Assembly (NCBI GenBank): GCA_964016885.1
Contig: OZ024742.1
Span: 264,368,001-264,432,000, forward strand
Reading direction: 5' to 3'
DNA length: 64,000 nt
From: Eledone cirrhosa
Lineage: Eukaryota
Part shown: piece by piece, positions 14,719 to 26,100 of the stretch
Position numbering within the stretch: the stretch's first letter is position 1
How the letters are laid out: each line of letters begins with the position of its first letter
The notes under the pieces: model-generated
Told to the model about the DNA's origin: nothing
What the model saw: only the letters and a program-made list of their open reading frames with translations
The model's database searches: none
Translations under genes and position numbers: made by a program

Positions 14719-14854
14719 TAGTTGAGGTAGAGGGTTTCTGTTTCTCTTGTGGTGTGTCACGCGTCAAGTTGAGTTCGAAAATTCGTTCTGTTTTATATGA
14801 AAAAAGTGGCACAGATTGCTATTTCCTTAAAATGTAATTTAGTTGGTTCATATG

Positions 14855-15022
14855 AGTCACGTGATTAGGTACAGTAAAATTTGCGTCAGAAAAAGTGGCT
14901 CAAAACTACTATTTGCTATTTTATTTGTTGGTAACAATCACGTGATTAGGCATAGTAATTTTTGCGCCAAAATGAATGGTCAGTGTCACGCGATTAGGCA
15001 TAGTAATGTTTACGCCAAAAAA
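14855..15022. repeat. Three dispersed ~33-bp repeats tcacg(t/c)gattaggcatagtaa..tt(g/a)cg(c/t)ca
   Basis: Copies start at about 14856, 14938 and 14986. Confidence 0.8.
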
Positions 15023-15165
15023 TGATGTTGAGAAAGTGAGAGAAGAGAAGCGAAGCGGGTAGTAAGAATTTGTGTTTGTGTAGAAGTAATTTTTGGAAAA
15101 CAAACATATTTGTATTTGTATACGCCCGCGTATTTGTAGCAATGGCGGTTTATCGCCTTAATAAT

Positions 15166-15352
15166 TGTTTCTGCATTTTGGCACAAGGCCAGCAATTACC
15201 CAGTACATTACTGGTACTTTATTTTATCGACCCCGTAAGCATGAAAGGCAAAGTTAACCTCGGCGGGATTTGAACTCAGATCATAAAGGGACATAACTAT
15301 GCTAGAAAGCATGGCGTCTGACCCTCTACCGATACTGCCAATTCACCACCCT
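15166..15352 (-). mobile_element. tRNA-derived SINE copy
   Basis: Full consensus match, flanked by ttatcgccttaataat on both sides. Confidence 0.9.
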
Positions 15353-15373
15353 CACATTATCGCCTTAATAATG

Positions 15374-17785
15374 GTTTCATTTATTGGCCAATAGGGCCGA
15401 AATATAGGAAACGAGACAGGGACATAAAACGTGTAAAACTATAAATAACAAGAAAAAAATAACAAGGAAAATATAACAATGAAAAATTCCCCAATAGGGG
15501 AGATAACCACCCAGGGTTGACTCAGGTACCCTACCAACCCTGAACAACCCGACGCTTCGAGAGCACACGGGATGGGCACCCCCTCTCCTTCTCAAATTCA
15601 CCAACCTACAGGCGCATGATCAGAGTAGGCCCACTCACACGGGCCATTCTCGCCACATTCACCCACCTTTCAGCAAATGTACTAGGGGCAGCACTTCTTT
15701 CTCCACCCTCACCTTCCTTTCCAAGTGAAATTTGAAAAAGTTAATGAGGGATTGGTCGAAGAAAAAAGTGTTTGTCTTCAGTCTTTTCAACCTGGTCCAC
15801 CATACAACCTCTTTCGCTACCTGCCACCAGACAGGGGGAAATTGCCTGCCTAAAGAAAGCGGCGGATCGATTTTCACTATGGACCCGGCCGATAGCCGGA
15901 TCCGTTTTACACGCGACAACAGCTGTTCGACATAACTCCACAAGTCAGTAATGCACGGACACTGGACGAGTGATTGCAGAATGGTTTCATCGCTCTGCGC
16001 GCATCTCGGACAGGTCCGTCTGACATCATTTCCGTGCCTGTAGAGTTTATCTCGAACCGGCAGTGCCCCCCGGTAGCACTGCCAAGCGAGGGAGTTTTGG
16101 AAGATATCCATCGTCCCCGGCTCAAAAGTTCTCCGGAACAGACTGGTTAGTTCGGCTTCGTCAACACTCAGAGCCTCTCTGAGGGCGTCTACGCACTTTC
16201 TCACCACTAATCCTCTATAGAACTTAAGAGTGAAAATTCCACTAACCGCACTGCCCGCCTGGTAGAGGGCAGTGAGCGCCAGGCAACATTCCAGATGCCA
16301 GTCACCCAGTCTCGGTCTCTTCTTGACTCAGGACTGCAGTTCAGTCAAAGAGACGAGCTGCGGAAAAGCCCGCCTGACAAACGGCGACCACACCTGTTCA
16401 CCGTTTAGGCAGAATATCTGGAGTTTCCGCAACCTCAGAGCATGTCTGCGCATCATTAGCCACGGCATGCCCAGCCCTCCACGTAGAGGGTGCTGGCAGC
16501 AGATGGACCGCCTCACCAACGGAACCTGTCCCCTCCACAAGAATTTGAAGGGGAGCCATTCCAAGTTGGCGAGGCGCGGACGGGAGCAAGAGACGATGGA
16601 CAGGCGGTAGTAGATGACGGACGCGATGAATGCGTTCACCACCTCCACCCAACCTTTCAGTGATAGCTTCCTCTCAGTCCATTTCTGGGTGAGACTGGCT
16701 ACCCTGCCCGTCACCTCGTCCCAATTCTTATCCACCTGGAGGTCTGGCCCGAAACAAACCTCGAGCAACTTTACCGGTCCGTCCGTCCAGCGCCCAACGA
16801 TGCTGTTGGACGGCATGGACTTGCCTCTCCAGATGCCGAGCTGCAAGCCCACCGACTTTCCGGGTTAAGTTTCGCTCCCGTCAACCTTTCATATTCCTCC
16901 ATAAAGTTGCCGACGACCTCGATTTCCGAGGTGTCCGACACCATCACCGCATATAGCCCGGTTCAAGCGGGATGCCCTGCATCAGCTCACGCTTCCGCAG
17001 TAAAGACTCGAGAGTCAATACGTACAGAAGGGAGGCAAGAGGGCACCCTTGACGGACCGATCGGGAGATCTGAAACGGCTCTGTGAAGTGACCATTAACT
17101 TTGACCATCGAGCAGATGCCGCTGTGCATTGCAGCGATCCAGATTCTGAAGACGGGGCCGAAGCCAGCTGCCTTGAGGACAGCCTCCAGGTACCGAGTGC
17201 TTTCGATTAATCTAAATTCATCAAAGCCCCATTGAAGCCTAGTTTACACACTACCCTCTCTATTATGTATCGCATGAGGTGGAGGTTGTTGTGTATGTAC
17301 CTGGTCGGGATTGTGCAGGTTTGCTCCTCCCCAACGAAATCCTCGACGACAAGCACCAACCTCTTCGCTAACACCTTGGCCAAAATCTTAAACTCTGCGT
17401 TAAGCAGAGTTATGGGCCTGAAATTATCTAATGTGTCCCTCTTGTCTTTCCTTATCAGCGCCATTACGCCCCGGCTCACAGAACTGGGAATATTCCCGTT
17501 CTGCTACCAGTTGCAGTAGAGCGCTTCGAGGAGATCGGAGAACAAATCTGGCATATTTACGTAAAGCTCGTAGGGCAGACCATTCAAACGAGGTGGCTTG
17601 CGCCTCGTGCAGCCGATAAGGATATCCTTAATTTCGGCCTTTCGCAGCGCTCAGCCTCGGCCTTCGAGAGTTGCGGCAAGCCATCGAGGTAGGGACTGAA
17701 ATCCGCCACCGTCTCTGACCCGCGACTTTCCCCGAACAACCGAGCAAAATGTTGGCGAAAGGCCTCACACATCCGCCTGAAATGT
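15374..17785 (-). mobile_element. Tx1/L1-clade LINE, 5'-truncated and degraded (RT plus C-terminal zinc-binding region)
   Basis: NFRPITLLNAEFKILAKVLA; SVRQGCPLASLLYVL; HPLRGGLGMP; CPRCAQSDETILQSLVQC. The 3' end has AATAAA. Confidence 0.9.
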
Positions 17786-17814
17786 TTATCGCCTTAATAA
17801 TGTTTTTTTTTTAT

Positions 17815-18112
17815 ATAGGCACAAGGGACGTAACTCTATGCTGCCAAGGTGTCCGAGCCTCTACCAATACTGCCAATCCACCGCCCTTAATAATGATTTC
17901 TAGTATAGGCACAAGGCCAGTAATTTGGGGAGAGGGGAAAGTCGATTAAATCGACCGCAGTACCTGACTGGTACGTTATTTTATCGACCCCGTAAGGATG
18001 AAAGGCAAAGTTAACCTTGGCGGGATTTGAACTCAGATCATAAAGGGCCATAACTCTATACTGCAAAGAATGGCGTCCGACCCTCTACCGATACTGCAAA
18101 TCCAGCGCCCTT
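17815..18112 (-). mobile_element. Tandem tRNA-derived SINEs (one internally deleted, one full)
   Basis: Two heads (ctctacc.atactgc.aatcca.cgcccttaataat) and one full core. Confidence 0.85.
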
Positions 18113-18429
18113 AATAATAATAACAGTAAGAAAATTGATTCCATTGGTAAAATGGAAATGGATGTTATGTGTTTGTGTGTGGACGGCCAGCGTGTTAAGA
18201 TATTAAAGTATATTAAAGTATATTTTTGAATAAAATTATTTTCTTTATTCGTGTTTGGTCAGTGGTATCGTCTGGACAAAGATAAAGTGGGAAGACTTAG
18301 AATTTTGGGGTTTTATTGTTTTGCACATAAGTCTAAATTCCACTGAGTGGACATTTATATATGTGTGCGTGTGTATTTGTGTGTGTGCACGTGCATGTGT
18401 ATGTGAATGTGTGTGTGCACATGTGTATG

Positions 18430-20553
18430 TGAATGTGTGTGTCTGTGATATCTTCGATTCTGTGCTGGATGTTCGTGTTAAGAGAGGGACTGAGCTGTCC
18501 TGATCACCATCCAGTTATCTGCAACTTGAGTCTACCTAAAGCCAAAGAAGCCCACAAGACTGGCAGGTCCAGGATAAAGTGGGAATCATTGGTGGATAAG
18601 GTAGACAGGACCAGGTATAAAGATACGATTGCTTCCTGAGCAAACTGAGGACATTGAGACCGAGTGGAGATTGTTCAGCTCAGCAGTTTCTGATACAGCT
18701 GTTAAATGCTACGAGTGAAATGGTCTTGGTGTGGTACTGCATGTCAGGAGAACTACTTGGTTCAATCAAGCGGTCAAAGATGCCATATACGCAAAGAAGG
18801 AGGCTTACAAAGCTTGGATTGGAAATAAGACCTCCTTCTTGCATTTGCGGTACAAGCAGTTACGAGGAATCACAGAAGAAACAGTAAAGGCGTCTAAAGT
18901 TATGCCATGGGAGGACTTTGGATTTATGCTTGAATCCGACAGCAATTAAAGTGTTCTGGCAAACTGACTTCATAATAAGAAGTCGTCCTCCACACCTGCT
19001 ACCAAGAACGCACTGGAAATCTCTTCACTTCAGAGAGGTGCATCTACGTGAGGTAGAGAGAATACTTTATTGATCTCCTAAACCCGATTACAACAGCATA
19101 TTCTAATGTACACGAGGTGCACCTGGGAGAGGTGACTAATCTCTTGAAGGCTGCAATGACAAGAGCAATTAAAGAGCTCAAATGTGTCACGGCCGTTGGG
19201 GAAGATGAAATCCGACCAGAGATGTTAAAAGCCTTAAATATATAAGGTATACTCTGGCTGATTCGTGTATGCCGGGGGGGGGGGGGGTCTTGGAAAGGCA
19301 CCTAAACAATGGCAATCGGGGGTGATAATCCCAATTTTCAAAAAAAGAGACTAGAGAGATTGTTCTAATTACAGAGGGATCTTCTTGTTAAGTCTCCCCA
19401 GTAAAACCTATGCTAAGTGTCTGACAAAGAGATGCAGGGAGATTACTGACTCCAAACTGGCTGTGGAAGAGGGCAGTTTTTGCCCGGACATAGCACAACC
19501 GACAAAATATTCACACTGCGGCAGGTCTTCGAGAAATTTTGGGAGTATTGCCAAGAAGTATATTTTTATTTTCTCGAACTTGAGAAGGCACATGACCGCG
19601 TTCCTCTGGATTTGCTGTGGAAGGTTCTGTAGGAGTATGGGGTCGATGGTCAGTTTCTTGCTGCCCTGATGTTTTTATACGAATAGTGCTAAATCGAAAC
19701 CATTCAATGTGGGAATCAGACTCCTCCAAGGGTGCGTACTGTTACCTCTCCTGTTCATTATTTTCATGAACAGGATTGACATGTGCCACCGGTTTGAAAG
19801 TGTTTTACCGACTTGCAGGTGTAAAGTCAGTTGCCTGTAATTTGCAGACATGGTATTACTTAACTCAACACAAGTTAATCTCCGGCTTGGACTAAGTAGG
19901 TTTGATACCGAGTGTTGCATGGCTGGAATGAAAATCAGTGCTGCGAAAACTGAAACATTTGTCCTCTCTAGGAAGCCTGCGCAGTTCTCTCTACATTGAA
20001 TGGAATCCCACTGAAGCAGGTGGAGAAGTTCAAATATATCGGGGATGTGTTCACGAGTAATGAAGGAAGTTGAATTAAGTGCAAGAATTGCAATAGTTTT
20101 CGCAGTAATGCGCCAGCTTCAGCATTCGATAATCAGAAGAAGTGAGGTAGGTGAAAAAAGCAAACTCGCTATTTTCAGTTCAGTATTCGTTCCAACCCTT
20201 ACTTATGGTCATGAATCTTGGGTAATGACACAAAAAATCGACAGTCAAAATAAGCGGCCGAAATGGGGTTCCTCCTAAGGGTCTCTGGAGTAACGTTACT
20301 CGATAGACTGCGTAGCTCGGAGATCAGAGAGTCACTCAATGTAGAGCCACTACTTCTCCGAATCGAGAGATCACAGCTCCGATATTATGGGCATGTGGTT
20401 AGAATGCCTCATGAAAAGGTCGCTGGACAGAATTTACAGGCAAACCCTCTTGTTTGAGGAGTGTTTTAGGACTGTGTCCTCATGACGCTCTCGGGAATAT
20501 TTGAGCGAAGAAGAAGAAGAAGAAGAAGAAGAAGAAGAAGAAGAAGAAGAAGA
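18430..20553 (+). mobile_element. RTE-clade LINE, 5'-truncated and degraded, with (GAA)n tail
   Basis: VLDVRVKRGTELS/DHHPVICNL (end of APE domain); EDEIRPEMLKAL; CSNYRGIFLLSLP; LQGCVLLPLLFIIFM; PTLTYGHESW; IERSQLRYYGHVVRM. (GAA)n at 20506-20553. Confidence 0.88.
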
Positions 20554-20900
20554 ACGCGAAAAATAGCACAAATAATTTAAAGCGTGCAATATATTTCATG
20601 TCATGTGAAAGAATAGAAGTTTAGTAATTTCGGTGCTTGTCCTTCTTTGGAAGAAAAGTAAAAAGGAGTCTCATCACTAGGCCACAACATTTCTCAAAGA
20701 ATTTAGTATGGTAGTTTGGTGGCAATAGTAGAGTGTTGAACCTGTGTCCTGTTGTACTTAATACAAACATGTTTTTTCCAAATAGGGTTGACTGCGCTTA
20801 AACTTTTTTTTTCATATGTTCTTATGTTTGAGAATAAAGTATTGAACTTTTCTTACCAAACATCTAAATGTTTTTAAATTTTCTTTTCTCTCTCTTCTAG

Positions 20901-21047
20901 ATATTTCTTAGAGTTGGCAGTTACTATCCTAAATGCTGCGACCTTTATATATTTAGCTCCTGGCCAGAGCACTTGCTCTGATGCCATTGGCTTGGTCACT
21001 CTTTCTTCATTTTACCATTGGTCTTTCAGTGGATACTAACTGAAACA
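20901..21047 (+). other. Candidate spliced exon (147 nt) of an unidentified host gene or pseudogene
   Basis: Strong polypyrimidine acceptor ttttcttttctctctcttctAG and donor GTAAGT at 21048. Length is divisible by 3. Frame 1 is open except for one TGA. Confidence 0.35.
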
Positions 21048-21469
21048 GTAAGTGTTATTACTTCATCTTATCCTTCCTTTGTTTGTTAAATCATTATTGT
21101 TAAGAAGTTTATATATCTTATTGACAATCACCATCTCACTTCAGCCCCAAGCCCCAAGCCCTCTGATAGTACCTTTGCTTCTTTCTAGTGATATTATAAC
21201 ACTACATGCTCCCCTTAACTAGCTATCTGTGCTCCACTCCCTTCTAAAATCATTTGATGGACCATTCTCTCAATTTCTCATCATGTTTCACCTTCCCATA
21301 ATCATTACACTAAATATTCCACACAGCCATTCGACTTCAGCTCTTCAGCCGCCTGGAACTACATTCCTACTCTCAAGTGAATGAAGGAGTCATCTAAATT
21401 CCTAGAAAAAGTAACTGAATCTTTCTTAAATAACATGCTACCACCTTCAAATAAAGAAGGATACATTTA

Positions 21470-21961
21470 ACAGCAGCAGTAGCAGTAGTAGTACTAGTAG
21501 TAGTAGTGGTGGGGTGGGGGTGGTGGTGGTGGTGGTGGTGGTAGTGTTGGTTTTGGTTGTTAGTGGTAGTAGCAGCAATAGTAATAGTGTTGGTAAAAAT
21601 TGTGGTAATATTGTTGGTAATGTTAGTCTGGATTGTGGTGGCTGCAGTAGTGGTAGTAATTGTGGTGGTTGTGGTGCTGTTGGTGGTGGTGGTGGTGGTG
21701 GTAGTGGTGGTGGTGTGAGTATGATATTAGTGTTGGTATGGGCAGCAGTGGTAATTTTGGTAGTGGTGTTGTTAGTGATAGCGTTGTTGATGATTGTGGT
21801 GGTGGTGGTGGTGGTGGTGGTGGTGGTGGTTATGGTTTGAGTAGTTTTGTTGTAGTGATGGTAATGGTGGTAGGGATGATACATCTATCATGAGCCACTT
21901 TAGAGGTGTGGTGATAGTGATGGTTGGGGGTGTTTGTTGTGGTAGCAATCTATTAGGTGAC

Positions 21962-22000
<39 letters not shown>
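21470..22000. repeat. (GTG/GTA/GTT)n low-complexity trinucleotide region
   Basis: Direct inspection. Confidence 0.9.
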
Positions 22001-22001
<1 letters not shown>

Positions 22002-22958
22002 CCTCCCCTCCTTTATCTGTCCATTAGCTGTATAATCCAAGTTCAGATTGACTAATTAATTTGTTTTTCCTGTCAGTTTCTTAATATTATCCATCATTGT
22101 ATGTGTGTATATATGTGTATGCATGTATGTGTGTGAGTGGGTGTCAGTAGTTATATAAATGTGTTGGTGTATTGAGGTTTGTGTTTGCGTATGTATGCAT
22201 ATGAGTGAGTGTACATTTATATGTTATTATATGTGTATACGTAACTTTGTGGAAAAATATCCCTTTAAATTTGTGTGGGTGTGTTTGTGTATGAATGTAA
22301 GTTTCAAATCACTTCTGATCACTTCTGATCACTAATAAGCAAATGGTTGAAATGGTGTTTTGCCTTTTCAGTTTAAGGTATCTTTAAATAACTGTAATAA
22401 ATCAATGCTGTCTGATATAGAACAAGTTTGCAGATGGCTAACAACAATGTGGCTTAATTATGAAAAAATATTCCACTATTTTCTTCATTATATCACTGTT
22501 ATCCTTTTGGTAGACCTGAGCCAATTAAGGCATTGCTGTATACTTGCTCCAATATAAACTCCTTGACATAAACTAATGAATTTGGTCACTTGTATTGCTG
22601 AATGTAACAGTTAAATTTCCTTTATCAGAATCTCAATTGTCATTAGAATTAAAGCTATGTAAGTGCCGTAGAATTTGAGTTCTAGAATCAAATAGTTAAT
22701 TTTGACTGGTTCAGTAGAGAATTGATAAAAAGAACTGATAGAGAAATGATACAGAAACCCAACAATATGTTTGTGGATACATATTCACTCAATTTGCTCA
22801 ATAATGCAGCCCAAAATCTGCCTCTACAAAATCCCTATGGACCATTTCTCACATAAGTTAAAATGTTGCTTTCTTCATTTAAAAAAACAAACTATTTTCA
22901 TATCTATATATTTATTAACCCATATCATCATCGTTTAACGTCCATCTTCCATGGGTGT

Positions 22959-22999
<41 letters not shown>

Positions 23000-23059
23000 A
23001 CTCCCATCAACACCACCCCTTTCTCTGTAAAGTTATGTTGGTACCACAACATCCAGCCC

Positions 23060-23303
23060 TAAATAAATGAGGTCGTGTAGGTGTCACAACAAAAAAAAAA
23101 CACACAGTCCATGCTGTAATGTGGCCATGTAGGTAACATGGTAGAAATCTCCCAGTCCACATTGTAAACGTGGTTGGTGTTAGGAAGGGCATCCAGCCGT
23201 AGAAAACTTGCCAGATAGACCTATACGAGCGAGACGACCAATCTTGCCTCAAGTGGGACAATTCCCGTCTAAACCCATGCTAGCGTGAAAGATAGACGTT
23301 AAA
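23060..23303 (+). mobile_element. Second SINE-like family, probably RTE-associated; further copies or tails at ~27830-28260, 32155-32520, 32765-32860, 36920-37150 and 39980-40080
   Basis: Shared motifs ggtgttaggaagggcatccagccgtagaaaacttgcc and aacccatgctagcgtg(g)aagatagacgttaaa, the latter usually next to (TGA)n. Confidence 0.7.
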
Positions 23304-23383
23304 CCTGAGAAACCAGACCTTATCAGTTCAGGTTCCGTTTGGATATCCAAACGGAACCTGAACTGATAAGGTCTGGTTTCTCG
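23304..23383. repeat. Near-perfect ~80-bp palindrome with no spacer, centred on ggatatcc
   Basis: gagaaaccagaccttatcagttcaggttccgtttggat|atccaaacggaacctgaactgataaggtctggtttctc. Confidence 0.95.
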
Positions 23384-23413
23384 GGTATGTCACTGTTTAT
23401 AAAACAAATTTTG

Positions 23414-23477
23414 TATTTTATCTGATGAGAGCGTACCAAAGTTTTTTTGGTACTCTTGAAATATATATAATAAAATA
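23414..23477 (+). ncRNA. Minimal type-I hammerhead ribozyme with canonical core
   Basis: Reads tattttat-CTGATGA-gagcgtaccaaa(gtttt)tttggtactctt-GAAA-tatata-TA-ataaaata. Stem I is 8 bp, stem II about 11 bp, stem III palindromic. Confidence 0.85.
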
Positions 23478-23518
23478 AATATGGTTTCATAAATATAGTT
23501 TCCATTTATTAATATCAT

Positions 23519-23585
<67 letters not shown>

Positions 23586-23844
23586 GTTTAGTAGAAATAG
23601 AAGCTTTCACCATATGTTTGACTAAAAAAATGGTAGCCTAATAGTGGGCTGTCAAACCCTCTAAAAAATGGAATAGGATGTGTATTGACGTACATGGGAT
23701 GATATATATATATGTGTGTGTGTGTGTATCGTCATTATCATCATTTATCTATCTAGTTATATATTTAACAATCTCTCAAATTATCTATTCCCCTATTTCT
23801 CAATCTTTCTTTCTATTTAGATGTGTACCTACCTACCTAGCAGA

Positions 23845-24185
23845 TACATACATACCTACTTACCTACATACATACACACATACATACATGCATACATACA
23901 TACACACATACATGCATGCATACATGCATACACACATACATACATGGATACATACATACACACATACATACATGCATACATGCATACACACATACATGCA
24001 TGCATACATGCATACACACATACATGCATGCATACATACATACACACATACATACATGCATACATACATACACACATACATACATGCACACATGCATACA
24101 CACATGCATACATGCATGCACACATACATACATGCATACATGCATACATGCATACATACCTACATACATACTTACATACCTGCAT
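23845..24185. repeat. (CATA/CATG/CA)n compound microsatellite
   Basis: Direct inspection. Confidence 0.9.
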
Positions 24186-24439
24186 ACTTGTCTGCTAATC
24201 TGTCTGTTTGTCTCTGTCTACCTACCTGTATATATATCTATCCATTCTTCCCTGGTAGTTACTACATTTCTCTTTGTGACCATCTTTTAATTGCTGTTGC
24301 TGTTGCTATTGCTGTTGCTATTGCTGGTTGGGGTGGTGGTGGTGGTGGTGGTGGTGGTGGTATTAGATAATGGTGGGGGGAGTGGTGTTGAAGTTCATAG
24401 ATATGTATTTTGTCTGGGTTGATCCAGGACCATTCTTAG

Positions 24440-24850
24440 CAGATTGAGTAGAGAATTGATTTGATAAGCTAAGAGAGAAATGTGGAGAAAAAAGTGTGGA
24501 GGGTTGAGGAGGTGTGATAGTGAGAGTGGGGTGGAAATTATAGAGAGACGGTGAAGGTGGGGTTGAAATTATAGAGAGAGGGTGAAGGTGGGGTGGAAAT
24601 TATAAAGAGAAAGAGAAAGGGAGAGAGCGGGTGAAGGTGGGGTGAAAGAGTAATAGAGAATTTTAAGGAGTAAAGAGAAATAAGAAAAGGAGGAGTGATA
24701 GTAACAGGGGAGGTGTGAAAGATTAAAGAAACAGAGGGGAGAATGACAGTGTGGTGCAGGGAAGGATAGAAAGATATATGAATGAAGGTGGGAGGAGTGA
24801 TGATATGAGGGACATAGAGGGGAGTGGCATAAGGAGGGACAGAGGCCAAC
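24440..24850. repeat. Purine-rich low-complexity region with repeated ggtgaaggtgggg(t)..aaattatagagag units
   Basis: 3-4 short units at 24525-24650. Confidence 0.75.
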
Positions 24851-24909
24851 ACATAAAATAGTTAACTAGGTAGTTGGACAGCCACTCATATAATCACATC
24901 TAATGACAC

Positions 24910-25464
24910 CCCCTATATACATTTACCTATATATATATATACCTATACATGCACACACTTACACACATATACCTACATATACATACATATGTCTCTATAT
25001 ATATATACATACATATACTAATACATACACACAGGCCTATACTTACATACACACATATACCTAATCATATATAATCACATACATATACATATACATATAC
25101 ATACATATATACATACATACACATGCACATATACATTCATACACACATCCATGCATACATAAATAACACATGTGCATACATACATACATTAATACTTTCC
25201 TAGTAGTACTGATATACACCTACATACACACATATACCTATATATACATACATTTACACATGTATACCTATATAAATATGCAGTGCTCCAGCATGGCTTT
25301 AGCTGGGGTAGCTGAAACAAACGGAAGTACTGGAACTTAGTAACCTTATCCATACAAACAGAATTTCAGCTGACACCCACATTTAACTACACTCACATGT
25401 ACACACATCAGCAGACACATGCATCTGCACATACACGCATATCTGCACACACGCACACATACTT

Positions 25465-25500
<36 letters not shown>

Positions 25501-25741
25501 CTGCACACACACGCATACATCTGCACATATTCACACGCTCACATTCATATGGACATACATACATGCATACTCATATACCCAGACATACAAACTTTCAAAT
25601 ATATACAAATATACACACATTCATGCACACAAACACATACACACATGCACACTCACGTATATACACACACACACACACATTCACTCATGCTAAGACACAT
25701 ATATATCCATACATACATTCAGCATCACACACACATGCATG

Positions 25742-25772
<31 letters not shown>

Positions 25773-26012
25773 ACACACACACCCACATATATATATATAT
25801 ATATTCGTGACCATACAGACATATACATACATTCATCACTCTACACACACATTCATGACCATACACACATAGATTGTCATGCACACACGCACACACATAC
25901 ATACACATACATACACGCACAAACACAAACACGCACAAACACGCACACACATACACCCACAAACACAAACACGCACACACACACACACATACACGCACAC
26001 ACACACATGCAG

Positions 26013-26043
<31 letters not shown>

Positions 26044-26060
26044 CGCAAACACACACACAT

Positions 26061-26091
<31 letters not shown>

Positions 26092-26100
26092 CACACACAT
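24910..26100. repeat. (CA)/(CATA) degenerate microsatellite field
   Basis: Direct inspection. Confidence 0.9.

Noticed and set aside
21447-21884. Pro/Thr-rich and Gly/Val-rich ORFs
   Set aside because: Trinucleotide low-complexity DNA with no domain evidence.
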